In this document: in pieces, positions 16,047-25,485 of the stretch
How the letters are laid out: every line of letters begins with the position of its first letter
Position numbering within the stretch: the first letter of the stretch is position 1
Source: a virus
DNA length: 34,173 nucleotides
Virus genome (UHGV): UHGV-0113711
Strand: one strand, 5' to 3'
Notes under the pieces: model-generated
The model's database searches: none
What the model saw: the letters and a program-made list of their open reading frames with translations, nothing else
Told to the model about the DNA's origin: nothing
Position numbers and translations under genes: made by a program

Positions 16047-17593
16047 GTATTAGAGATTTTTTCACATTTAAAAAAGCAGAACCGAAAACACGTAAACAGA
16101 AACAGAAACTGGTAATTGATAACGAGCAAGCATATGGCTCACAGTTACAGCGTATTCTTGGTCCTCGAACTGACCGTTTAGATGGCGACTTTCAAGAGAA
16201 CCTGATTACGACTGCAACGATTAATAACGAGATTCGAACTTATGCCGATGGCATTCGTAATATGTCTCGAACTCTTTCGATTAATACACCAGTTGGTAAA
16301 CGTGCTGTTCAATATCAAGTTGATAACGTTATCGGTGAAGGTATTAACCCACAATTGCGTATTCTGGGAACAAACGGAAAGCCAAGCAAGAAACTGAACT
16401 CTATGATTATGGACCAGTTCAGCTATTGGTCAAGTTCAGCAAAACGTTTCAGTAAAAATGAAAGAATGAACTGGCGCAGATTTCAAGAACTCGTTGAACG
16501 TTCAAGATTTGTTGACGGCGAGGTTTTTATTCGTATTCACGAATCTGATACTGAATTTAAGCTTGAAATTATCGAAGCTTCACGCTGTAAATTTGGCGAC
16601 AGAGAAACCTCCGACAACGGTTATGTTCTTGATGGTATCGAATATAATAACGATGATGTTCCAGTTCGTTACTGGTTTAACACAATAAGCAAAGCAACAC
16701 AGACTTCATCTGGTAAATCTGAAGGTATCGACGCTGAAAATATTATTCACTATTACAGAGAATTGTTCCCTGATCAACGCAGAGGCATTCCTGAATGTGT
16801 AGCGAATATTGATGTTATGAACCAATATGATGCTTTCACAAAAGCAACGTTGATTCAGAAACGCGCCGCAGCAAGCTCTATGGGTTTCATCACTCAAGAC
16901 AAAGACGGTCAAGATAATATCGAAATTGATAGCGATAACGAAGGCATTGAAGAATCTCCTGATGTTATTCAAAACTTTGAATCAGGGACAATTCATAAAC
17001 TTCCTGCTGGTTACGATATAAAGCAGTTTAGCTCTACTCAGGGCGGTGACGACTTTATGAACTTCACGAATCGTCTGGAAGACCTGCTTGCTATGGGTTA
17101 CGGTTTTTACAAACAAGGTTGGAAAGGTGACACAGCAAATATTAACTATTCTGCTGCCCGCTTCGGTGATCTTGCACAACGCGTAATGTTTAAATCAGTT
17201 CAGCGTAATATTAAAGAACAGGTTTTTGATGTTATTTTTGAACGTTGGTTACAATGGTCAATTATCAGAGAAACCGTTAATTTGAAAATGACAACTATTC
17301 CTTCAGTTCTTCGTCAGACTGTTTGGACATATCCTCAATGGCAAAGTATCGACCCAATTAAAGATACTCAGAAGGATATTTTTGATGTTGAAAACGGATT
17401 CAAATCTGCTTCTGATATTATTATTGCTCGCGGTGAAGACCCGGATATTGTATTTGCTCAGGTTGAACAAGAAAGAACTCGTTATGTTCCGAAATACGAT
17501 AATCAAATTAAAGTTGCTGCTGCACCTGCTGCATTAACGGCTGATGCTCAAGTGGAAGTTGCTGAAATTAATTCGGATAACTCGGTGGAATAA
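16043..17593 (+). CDS. Portal protein (lambda gpB family)
   Basis: 516 aa, immediately downstream of terminase and the gpW-like gene; size and position fit a lambda-type portal. Family assignment is from synteny and general resemblance, not a verified alignment. Confidence 0.75.
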   Translation: MSIRDFFTFKKAEPKTRKQKQKLVIDNEQAYGSQLQRILGPRTDRLDGDFQENLITTATINNEIRTYADGIRNMSRTLSINTPVGKRAVQYQVDNVIGEGINPQLRILGTNGKPSKKLNSMIMDQFSYWSSSAKRFSKNERMNWRRFQELVERSRFVDGEVFIRIHESDTEFKLEIIEASRCKFGDRETSDNGYVLDGIEYNNDDVPVRYWFNTISKATQTSSGKSEGIDAENIIHYYRELFPDQRRGIPECVANIDVMNQYDAFTKATLIQKRAAASSMGFITQDKDGQDNIEIDSDNEGIEESPDVIQNFESGTIHKLPAGYDIKQFSSTQGGDDFMNFTNRLEDLLAMGYGFYKQGWKGDTANINYSAARFGDLAQRVMFKSVQRNIKEQVFDVIFERWLQWSIIRETVNLKMTTIPSVLRQTVWTYPQWQSIDPIKDTQKDIFDVENGFKSASDIIIARGEDPDIVFAQVEQERTRYVPKYDNQIKVAAAPAALTADAQVEVAEINSDNSVE

Positions 17594-17652
17594 CACTAAA
17601 TACATTCAGAAAAACAAAGAGCGTCGAAAGACGCTCCAACAGAGGACTGGTA

Positions 17653-19557
17653 ATGCTAAAACTTAAGCGCGATTACACAGTTCAGGGTATTGATTCTGTT
17701 GATGGTGTTTTTGAAATTGCGTTCAGTTCTGAAACTCCTGTTGAAAGACAGATTCAGGATGAATACGGTCAAAACATTACTGTTAATGAAATTCTCGTTC
17801 ATGACGGCTCACATAACGCTGACTTGACCCGAATTAATAACGGTGCTGCTTTGCTGTTTAACCATGATTTTGATAAACACTTGGGAATCGTTATTCCTGA
17901 TTCTGTTCGAATCGATGAAGACAAAATAGGACGAGCAAAAGTCCAATTCAGTCAACACGGTGAATTAGCTAAAGAAATCGGTGCAAAAGTTCAAGAAGGA
18001 ACAATTAGTAAAATCTCTTTCGGATATGACATTAATGAATATCACTTAGAAGGCGACAATCTTATTGTTACGAAATGGGCACCATATGAAATTTCTTTCG
18101 TCACTGTTCCTGCTGACGATAAAGTCGGTTTGGGAAGACTACTAAATACAGATACAACAAACAAACTTAACAAAGGTACTCGAATGAAACGTATTGATGA
18201 AATGACTAAAGATGAACTGGCAGAAATGACTATCGATGAAATTGAAATGCTGTCCGATGAAGATCGTGCAAAGCGTGAAGAAATTCTGGAAGAAGTAGTC
18301 GTTGAAAATGAAAACGCTGGTGATTCTGCTGTTGAAAAAACTGATGACGCTCCTGCTGCTGTTCCTGCTGGTGACGAACTGACAGAAGAAGAACGCGAAG
18401 AAGAAGCGGAAGAAATTCTTGAAATCGCACAACGCTACAAAGTAGCACAGAAAGACGTTGCAAGCGCTATCGCTAAAGGCATGACCGCACGTCAATTCAA
18501 ACGCTCTATTAAACCTAATAAATCTGCAACGGTGATTCGCAACATGACTAAAGATACTAAACAAACTCTGGAAAATAAATTCGACCTTGGCGATGCTGTT
18601 CGCTCTATGATGAATGGTAAAGCTGTTCGCGGTGCTGCTGCTGAATATACTCAAGAAATGTCCCGTAAGCGTCTGATGCGCGGTGCTAACGTTTCTCAAG
18701 GTATCTATATGCCAGTTAGTGCTCTGCAAGGCAAACGCGCTATTAACACTGTATCAACTGTTTCCGCAGTACAAGAAACTGTTCAGCGTTATGATTCATT
18801 CGTTGAAATGCTGTTGAAAGACACTGTTGCTGATAAGCTGGGAGTTAACTTCCTGACTGGTCTGACTACTCCGATTTCTGTTCCTAAGCAGACAAAATCA
18901 AGTGTTGATGCATTCGGTTTCGTTGATGAAAACGGTGAATCTCCAGAAGGCGAAAGCAAATTCGAAAACATTCAGTTTATGCCTAAGACATTTACTGGTG
19001 GTAACCCGATTTCTCGTCAAGCTCTGTTGACTCTGCCTAATCTGGGTGCGTTCATTTCTGACCATATCGTGAATTTCTCACGCGCTAAACTGGAAGGTCT
19101 GATGTTCGGTTCTATTACCGACGCAAAAGCTCCTCAGTCTATCGTTGCTCAGTTAGTAGCAAAACAGATGGGAATGACCTACAAAGAATTCGTTGTTGAA
19201 GCTGCTAAAGCTAAAGGCGACGGCGTAGCAATGGACAAGTTCAAATATTTGATGGCTGCTGCTCTTGAAGGTGATTTGAAAACCACTCTGCGTGACGCTG
19301 GTGTTGCTGGTTATATCATCGACGACCTGAACAAACTGGGCGGACATGATGTTATCGGTTCCGGTCTTGTTAAAGAAGGTCAGGTTATCTCTGGTGACTT
19401 CTCTGCTGTAACCGTAGCTGAGTGGGAAGGTCTTGCTCTTGACCTAGACGACACAACTTACCGTAACAAAGGCGCTATCGTTCCTCGCGTTTGGGCTGAT
19501 ATCGATTGGAAAGTTTGTGCTGATGATCGTCTGTTCCTGCACGAAAAAAAAGCCTAA
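17653..19557 (+). CDS. Prohead protease (HK97/S78-like) - acidic linker - major capsid protein fusion
   Basis: N-terminal ~160 aa carry HK97-type prohead protease features (LLFNHDFDKHLGIV...ISFGYD...YEISFVTVPADDKV). A strongly acidic, coiled-coil-like segment follows (EEEREEEAEEILE). The C-terminal ~350 aa is capsid-like. A strong terminator follows. Confidence 0.7.
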   Translation: MLKLKRDYTVQGIDSVDGVFEIAFSSETPVERQIQDEYGQNITVNEILVHDGSHNADLTRINNGAALLFNHDFDKHLGIVIPDSVRIDEDKIGRAKVQFSQHGELAKEIGAKVQEGTISKISFGYDINEYHLEGDNLIVTKWAPYEISFVTVPADDKVGLGRLLNTDTTNKLNKGTRMKRIDEMTKDELAEMTIDEIEMLSDEDRAKREEILEEVVVENENAGDSAVEKTDDAPAAVPAGDELTEEEREEEAEEILEIAQRYKVAQKDVASAIAKGMTARQFKRSIKPNKSATVIRNMTKDTKQTLENKFDLGDAVRSMMNGKAVRGAAAEYTQEMSRKRLMRGANVSQGIYMPVSALQGKRAINTVSTVSAVQETVQRYDSFVEMLLKDTVADKLGVNFLTGLTTPISVPKQTKSSVDAFGFVDENGESPEGESKFENIQFMPKTFTGGNPISRQALLTLPNLGAFISDHIVNFSRAKLEGLMFGSITDAKAPQSIVAQLVAKQMGMTYKEFVVEAAKAKGDGVAMDKFKYLMAAALEGDLKTTLRDAGVAGYIIDDLNKLGGHDVIGSGLVKEGQVISGDFSAVTVAEWEGLALDLDDTTYRNKGAIVPRVWADIDWKVCADDRLFLHEKKA

Positions 19558-19596
19558 GAAAAGCAAAAGCGAAAGCTGAAACTGCTGAATAATCAG

Positions 19597-19622
19597 AGGA
19601 CTCCTTCGGGAGTCCTTTTTTC
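19597..19622 (+). terminator. Rho-independent terminator after the capsid gene
   Basis: aggactcc-ttcg-ggagtcct stem-loop followed by a T-run. Confidence 0.75.
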
Positions 19623-19656
19623 GTTTCTGGACTAAATATAATAAAAAGGAGACAAC

Positions 19657-19953
19657 ATGATTTTTCCATATTCAGAAAAACAAAAACAGTCTTTCTTAAC
19701 TCGTTTCGGACAGAAAATCAAAATTAACGATTCTGATGAACTCGGTATTGTTGAAATTGAGATTAACAACGATAACGGACAAGTAAGCGAGACAATCTAT
19801 ATAACCGCTGATATCAATAAAGTTAAGCAAGAAGATGAAGTTCTATTAAACGAGATTCTGTATACCATTGCGTATCTTGTTAATGATGGTTCAGGACTTG
19901 CTAATTGCTATCTGGCATTTAAAGGCGAACAGGAGACATCATTCTATGACTAA
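19657..19953 (+). CDS. Hypothetical structural-module protein (98 aa)
   Basis: ORF following the capsid terminator; stop overlaps the next gene's start (ATGACTAA). Confidence 0.6.
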   Translation: MIFPYSEKQKQSFLTRFGQKIKINDSDELGIVEIEINNDNGQVSETIYITADINKVKQEDEVLLNEILYTIAYLVNDGSGLANCYLAFKGEQETSFYD

Positions 19954-20344
19954 TCTGCCACGTTTAGGAATTAAACGCGCTCTGGAAGAAATAATCGTTA
20001 AAGAACTTAATCTGAAATACGTCAAAAACGCTTTCACAACTGGTGTTAAAGAACCTGTTCAAGTAATGATTCCAGGAATGACAGAAGAATATACGCGAAT
20101 CGGTTTGCAATCGAAACTTGCAAGTGTTCTTAGTATCACGATTGATATTTTCTCAGAGAAAAGCGAAACCGGCGTTCACAAAGCCGTTTACGACTTAATT
20201 TCTATTAATGCTAATCATGAAAAACTTATCCCATTTAAAATCGATAAGATTTATCCAAGTTCAAGTTTCACTGATTATGATAGTGAAGCATCAAATGGTC
20301 ATGTTAGCGCACAAATAATTTTAACTTTCGAATACTTAATGTGA
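19946..20344 (+). CDS. Hypothetical structural-module protein (132 aa)
   Basis: Start set at the ATG 19946 (AGGAGA 9 nt upstream) rather than track start 19868, which would overlap the previous gene by 86 bp. Confidence 0.6.
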   Translation: MTNLPRLGIKRALEEIIVKELNLKYVKNAFTTGVKEPVQVMIPGMTEEYTRIGLQSKLASVLSITIDIFSEKSETGVHKAVYDLISINANHEKLIPFKIDKIYPSSSFTDYDSEASNGHVSAQIILTFEYLM

Positions 20345-20351
20345 GACTAAA

Positions 20352-21377
20352 ATGACAAACGATATTTTTGTAGGAAATAACGTCAGAGTTTCAGTTAATC
20401 CGCTAATCGTTGAAATCCCAGGATATAACGACCCAGGTTATGTAAGCACTGATAAACTGGCTGCATTCCCTGTTATCGGATTTAGAAAAGAAGTTCAGAC
20501 ACTAGAAGATTACAGAACCGATTTTACAACGAAACTTTCAGGTGACGTAACAATTAATGACACTTCAATAAGCTTATTTGAAGACAGTTCTGACCCAGTT
20601 TATCAGTTGCTTGATGAAGCTCTTATGGAAAAGAAACTCCTTAGATTCAGAAGTCTTTATGTTATCGATGGAGAAACAAAGAAAGATAATGATGCTGGTC
20701 TTTATCATATTTTTAATGCTTATGTAACTAAGAAAGAAACAACAGGCTCCGAAAACTCAGTCGTTACAACAACTTTTAATCTTTCTCCTGATGGTCAGTT
20801 GTTTACAGGTTTTGCTGAATTCTCGGTTCCGTTAAACGTTGGCGATTATGGTATTGGTGCTGGTACAGAAGAAATCGCAGGTGTTAAAGACTTAGGATTA
20901 TTAACTGGTAACAGATGTGTAACAGTCGATGCAACAAACAGCGATAACCCTTATAACTCTGGCACGTCTGCTATGGCTATTCAGCATCCTGATGGTCAAG
21001 GTTGGGAGCTTATTGGTTCGTCAGTCGGTAATCCAAGCATCAGAATCAGAAACAAACAACAAAGCGGTGAAACTGTTACTGAATCTCCGTGGGTCAAAGT
21101 CTATACAGAACTTGAACGTCCAACTCCTGAAGATATTAATGCTTTGCCTATTACTGGTGGAGAACTCAAAGGATCTTTGACTATTCAGGAATATCTGAAC
21201 GTTCGTAAAAAGATTTCTGCGCCACAAGGTGAAATCTTGGCTCTAAATAGTAATGAAATTAACTCAACTTCTGTCAAGGTCAAAGGCAAAGAAGTCTATT
21301 CTCCAAGTAATAAACCAACGCCATTAGAGATTAATTGTGTAGCGTTAGGAGAAACCTTAGACGCAGGAGTATTTTAA
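20352..21377 (+). CDS. Hypothetical virion structural protein (341 aa)
   Basis: Long ORF in the structural block between head genes and the tail fibre; function not assignable by eye. Confidence 0.6.
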   Translation: MTNDIFVGNNVRVSVNPLIVEIPGYNDPGYVSTDKLAAFPVIGFRKEVQTLEDYRTDFTTKLSGDVTINDTSISLFEDSSDPVYQLLDEALMEKKLLRFRSLYVIDGETKKDNDAGLYHIFNAYVTKKETTGSENSVVTTTFNLSPDGQLFTGFAEFSVPLNVGDYGIGAGTEEIAGVKDLGLLTGNRCVTVDATNSDNPYNSGTSAMAIQHPDGQGWELIGSSVGNPSIRIRNKQQSGETVTESPWVKVYTELERPTPEDINALPITGGELKGSLTIQEYLNVRKKISAPQGEILALNSNEINSTSVKVKGKEVYSPSNKPTPLEINCVALGETLDAGVF

Positions 21378-21389
21378 CGGATAAAGAAA

Positions 21390-24300
21390 ATGGCAAATAA
21401 TAAAGTTAAACATTATAGAACAGACGTCGCCGGAAGAAAGCCAGAAGCGAAAAACATGCTTGATGGTGAAATCGCTATTAACTTAGCCGATAAAAAGATT
21501 TTCACTAAATTCGGTGACGCTGTTATTAACATCGGTAATGGTGCTGACGCTGTTGTTGAAGGCGGTCAGACCTTTACTGGTAAAATTAAAGCAAGTGATA
21601 TTGAATCCGATTCTAATCTGACTTTAAAAAATCTTGATAAAAGCGATATTGTTTTTGCTGATGAACACGACAAAGCAAAAGCGCGTATTAGTTCTCCTGC
21701 TCAAGCAGACGCTAAAGGTGAACTTCGTGTTACGGTAGCGAAAGGAAAAGCTACAGGAGAGAGTTCTGACTTTGTGCTTAACGGTAATGGTCAGTTATCT
21801 TTACCTGCTGCTCCTGTTGCTCCTGAAAGCGCTACGCGTAAAGATTACGTTGATTCTGAAATCAGTAAAGTCCAAACAGGCTCAAGTGCTGACCTGACGA
21901 AACTCGAACAGAAAGTTGATGCTAACGACGCTGCTATTAACACTCGCGTTGATAATCTGAATTCAAAAGTTGATCAGAACGACGCTGCTATTAATACGAA
22001 AGTTGATGCGAATAAAGCTGATGCTGACGAAAAGATTAAAGCTGTTAACGACCGTCTGACTGTTGATAATCAGACTCTGACTAATATGATTAACGAAAAA
22101 GTTAGTAAGTCTGGTGATACTATGACAGGCAATTTGACAGTTCCTTCTGTTCATGCTGCTGGTGATGTATACGCTGGAACTTTGAAAGTTACATCTGCTG
22201 GTAATAACGGTGGTGTTCTGAGTATTGAAAACCACGGCAGAACTTCAAAGACTATTCATCAAATTGCATACGCAACGGATACGGATGATCGACTGTTATT
22301 TCGTCGTGATGCTAACGAAGGAACCGACGCATTAGATCTAATGACCATGGCTTGGGGAAAGACAGGCAGAGGAATGTCAATTGATATTTCAGGTCAAGCT
22401 AGAATCACTGATACAGTAACAACTCCTTTAATGTCCGTTGCAAGCAACTTTGCCGTTGGAAATTCACTGGGTTTAAACTCTATCGCTATTGGTGATTCCG
22501 ACACTGGTTTTAAATGGAGACAAGACGGTTGGTTAAACTTCTATTCTAATAACGTTGTAACAGCTTCTATCGCAGGATCTGAAAACTACTTTAATAGAAA
22601 AACTTATTTCCGTTTCAGAAGTGATGATGGCGATTCGAATCTGTTGGCTCCTGAAGGTCAGGCATTAATTCAAATCGATACGACAACAGATGGGAATAAC
22701 GTTGGTGATTCCACGACTTATTTCGGATTAGTTAATGGTGGAAAATACAATCATTATCTGAGAGGTAAAGGCAGAACGTATATTGATACTCATGAAGGTC
22801 TCGGCGTTGCTGGTCCTGCAAGTTTCTATCAGACGATTTTTAACAACAAAGGATACGGAAGTTACGATAGTGAATCATTGCCAACTTGGACAGATGCTGC
22901 GTATCAATCGAATCATTTAAGAAAAGTAAGAGCTAAAAACGGCGGAGCAATTTTTCATGAAGCTGTTGTTGCCGAACACGGTGATTCTAGAGCTAGTCAG
23001 TCTATAAGCTGGTATCACGGTAATGGTCCTGAAAACTTCATCGCATCGATGCAGATTGACGGAACAATTAACGCAACTCGTTTTAATACGTCTGCTGAAT
23101 ATGAAGCGATTAACATCAAAACGAAAAATCGCGAAGCTGCTTATATTAGAGGCACAGACGGTGACAAAACTTCATGGTTATTTGGTCGTTTGAATCCCGG
23201 TGATAACAGGTTAATTGCTCGTTCTACTATCGACCAAGACGGAAGTTCTACTGTTGACTTGGAGATGGATTCAGGAAGCAAATACTTCGGTGTTAATGTT
23301 GGTGGGAATAGAATTGCAAGATTTCATGAAAAAAATATTATTATCGACGGAAGAAAGTGGGCTGCTGACAATAGTCACGCTTGGGCAGACCAATGGAATC
23401 AACTTCCTCCTGTTGCTATAGAATTTGGTGCTGTTCCTTCTGGAAGTGATTATTATCCTGGATATGCATTACAAAGTAGCTCTGTTGGTTTTGGTTATTC
23501 AACTCGATTCGAACTCGGTATGATTCGTGCTCCTGCTGATCAATTCGGTAGAGGTATTCTTCGTGTGGGAACATATGAAGAAGGTGCGTCGAAAACGATG
23601 GCGAATTACGAGTTCAGTATTGACGGAAGATTCGCAGTTCCTGGCAAAATTAATACTCCTTATCTAGAAACTTCTAGAATTACAAGTTTTGCTGTAGGTA
23701 ATACGAATAACGGTCTAGGCGGTAATTCAATTGCCTTCGGTGATCACGATACTGGTATTCGTCAGCAGGTTGACGGTATTCTTGAATTTCATGCTAATGG
23801 ATTTCATTCGATGTCTATCGATTCTGCTCAAGTTTGGTTAAACAGACATTTGAATATTTCTGCTCCTAACCACGGTCGTGGTGTTTATGTCAACGGTAAT
23901 CGAGAAGGTGCCAGCAATTCGATGATTCAAGGTCAAGTCGAAGGATGGGCTGATTGGGGTTCATGGCGTGAACGTCCTGCGGGAATGATTGTTGAAGCTT
24001 CTGCTCGTTCGAAATGCATTAATATCTGGAAACATGTTCACTGGGGCACAGAATATAGTGCTGCAATGGACGTTTATAATCCCGACGGTGCAGGTCCTGA
24101 AGCCCAATTACACGTTGGTGGTGCAAACTATCATTTCAGCGGTAACGGAACAGCAAACGCCATTTCTTGGGTTAGCACTTCTGATAAACGTCTGAAATCA
24201 AATTTTGAAGAAATTGAAAACGCGGTTGATAAAGTCGAGAAACTTACTGGTTACGTATACGATAAGAAATCTGATTTAGTCGAAACTGAATATTCATTCG

Positions 24301-24473
24301 AAGTTCGTGAAGCAGGTATTATTGCTCAAGAACTGAAAGAAGTATTACCAGAAGCTGTTAGTTCTTTCGGACCTGACGAAATTCTTGGTGTTAACTCTGC
24401 TGCTGTAAACGCGTTGCTGGTTAATGCTATCAAGGAATTAAGTGCTCGCGTTAAAGAACTTGAAGCTAAATAA
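21390..24473 (+). CDS. Tail fibre protein (P2 gpH / T4 gp37-like shaft) with C-terminal intramolecular chaperone (peptidase S74-type) domain
   Basis: RKDYVDSEISKV, SKSGDTMTGNLTV and repeated GDSDTGF/GDHDTGI blocks parallel P2 H (TQDYVDDKI, QKNGDTLSGGL, GDNDTGFKQNGDG). The C-terminus ISWVSTSDKRLKSNFEEIENAVDKVEKLTGYVYDKK...AGIIAQELKEVLPEAV matches the self-cleaving chaperone domain found at the end of many phage fibres and endosialidases. Confidence 0.85.
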   Translation: MANNKVKHYRTDVAGRKPEAKNMLDGEIAINLADKKIFTKFGDAVINIGNGADAVVEGGQTFTGKIKASDIESDSNLTLKNLDKSDIVFADEHDKAKARISSPAQADAKGELRVTVAKGKATGESSDFVLNGNGQLSLPAAPVAPESATRKDYVDSEISKVQTGSSADLTKLEQKVDANDAAINTRVDNLNSKVDQNDAAINTKVDANKADADEKIKAVNDRLTVDNQTLTNMINEKVSKSGDTMTGNLTVPSVHAAGDVYAGTLKVTSAGNNGGVLSIENHGRTSKTIHQIAYATDTDDRLLFRRDANEGTDALDLMTMAWGKTGRGMSIDISGQARITDTVTTPLMSVASNFAVGNSLGLNSIAIGDSDTGFKWRQDGWLNFYSNNVVTASIAGSENYFNRKTYFRFRSDDGDSNLLAPEGQALIQIDTTTDGNNVGDSTTYFGLVNGGKYNHYLRGKGRTYIDTHEGLGVAGPASFYQTIFNNKGYGSYDSESLPTWTDAAYQSNHLRKVRAKNGGAIFHEAVVAEHGDSRASQSISWYHGNGPENFIASMQIDGTINATRFNTSAEYEAINIKTKNREAAYIRGTDGDKTSWLFGRLNPGDNRLIARSTIDQDGSSTVDLEMDSGSKYFGVNVGGNRIARFHEKNIIIDGRKWAADNSHAWADQWNQLPPVAIEFGAVPSGSDYYPGYALQSSSVGFGYSTRFELGMIRAPADQFGRGILRVGTYEEGASKTMANYEFSIDGRFAVPGKINTPYLETSRITSFAVGNTNNGLGGNSIAFGDHDTGIRQQVDGILEFHANGFHSMSIDSAQVWLNRHLNISAPNHGRGVYVNGNREGASNSMIQGQVEGWADWGSWRERPAGMIVEASARSKCINIWKHVHWGTEYSAAMDVYNPDGAGPEAQLHVGGANYHFSGNGTANAISWVSTSDKRLKSNFEEIENAVDKVEKLTGYVYDKKSDLVETEYSFEVREAGIIAQELKEVLPEAVSSFGPDEILGVNSAAVNALLVNAIKELSARVKELEAK

Positions 24474-24476
24474 CAA

Positions 24477-24497
24477 AAAGGGGAGAAATCCCCTTTG
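24477..24497 (+). terminator. Putative Rho-independent terminator after the tail-fibre gene
   Basis: aaagggg-agaaat-ccccttt hairpin; short T-tract. Confidence 0.45.
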
Positions 24498-24534
24498 CTA
24501 AATAAACTATATTAACTCAAATAGGAAATTAAAA

Positions 24535-25011
24535 ATGGCAGACAAATTTGATATTTTTGCTGGCTCTTACGTCAGTGTGTTCTATAACTCAGAAATTGCA
24601 AACACCGATCTGAATTCAGAAAAGTTTGTTGAAATTCCTGAAACTGGTGCATTCCCTTCTACGGGTATTGAACGCGAAGTTATTACAGCTCCTAACTTCT
24701 CTCACAAATACTCCCGTAAACTGGTTGGTCGTGGCTCTGTTCCTGATATCGACTTGACCGTTAACTATATTCCAGAAAGCGTTCATGATGTTCTGATTAA
24801 GCTTGCGGAAGATGGTAAACGTGGTCAGTTTAAAATCGTTTATTGGATTGATGCTACTAAAAAACTGGGTGTTGCAAAAGTTTATAACGGCTTCTTGTCA
24901 AGCGCTGTTCATAATGGCGGTGAATCAGAAGTTCAAGGTCTGACAATGACACTGAGTGTTGATGGTGGTCCTGTTGTTTCTGGTGTTGTTGATTTGACAT
25001 CAAGTGATTAA
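24535..25011 (+). CDS. Putative major tail (tube) protein (158 aa)
   Basis: Size, beta-rich composition and the strong terminator immediately after it suggest an abundant structural protein. QFKIVYWIDATKKLGVAKVYNGFLSS...LTMTLSVDG is reminiscent of tail-tube proteins. Assignment is tentative. Confidence 0.4.
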   Translation: MADKFDIFAGSYVSVFYNSEIANTDLNSEKFVEIPETGAFPSTGIEREVITAPNFSHKYSRKLVGRGSVPDIDLTVNYIPESVHDVLIKLAEDGKRGQFKIVYWIDATKKLGVAKVYNGFLSSAVHNGGESEVQGLTMTLSVDGGPVVSGVVDLTSSD

Positions 25012-25017
25012 TTAAAA

Positions 25018-25041
25018 AGACTCCGCAAGGGGTCTTTTTTT
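25018..25041 (+). terminator. Rho-independent terminator
   Basis: agactcc-gcaa-ggggtct stem-loop followed by ttttttt. Confidence 0.75.
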
Positions 25042-25068
25042 GGCTCTAAATAAAGTCAGAGGTGAAAC

Positions 25069-25485
25069 ATGTTTAAATTTCAGGCTGACTTATCAAAATT
25101 ACTTAATCGCTATATCAATCAGCAACACGTTTTCGGTCAAAACGACTGTAATATCCTTGTTGCTGAATATATCGACCTTGTTTGTGCTACTGAATACACA
25201 GACAAATTAAAAGACAAATACACGAGTATTCCTGAAGGACTGAAGATCTGTAAAGACCTAACAGGATTTAATAACGTTCTCGAAGCGTGTGAAACGCATC
25301 TTGAGAAATCAGAAACTATAGAAACAGGCTCGGTTATCTTAATTAAGAAAAAGCATAAAAACCGAATCTATTACGTTGCGTCTATCGTTTTTAATAATAG
25401 AGCATTAGTTGAACATGAAAATAAATATCAACTGATAAACGTCAACGATTTTAATTTTGAATTAATTTTTAACAGGAGAAAATAA
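25069..25485 (+). CDS. Hypothetical protein (138 aa), possible papain-like (NlpC/P60-type) fold
   Basis: NDCNILVAEY and later His residues loosely resemble the Cys/His motifs of NlpC/P60 tail-assembly proteins. Weak. Confidence 0.5.
   Translation: MFKFQADLSKLLNRYINQQHVFGQNDCNILVAEYIDLVCATEYTDKLKDKYTSIPEGLKICKDLTGFNNVLEACETHLEKSETIETGSVILIKKKHKNRIYYVASIVFNNRALVEHENKYQLINVNDFNFELIFNRRK

Noticed and set aside
19868-19945. Upstream extension of the 19946..20344 gene to track start 19868
   Set aside because: Would overlap the preceding gene by 86 bp; the ATG at 19946 has an AGGAGA site and the typical ATGACTAA stop-start overlap.
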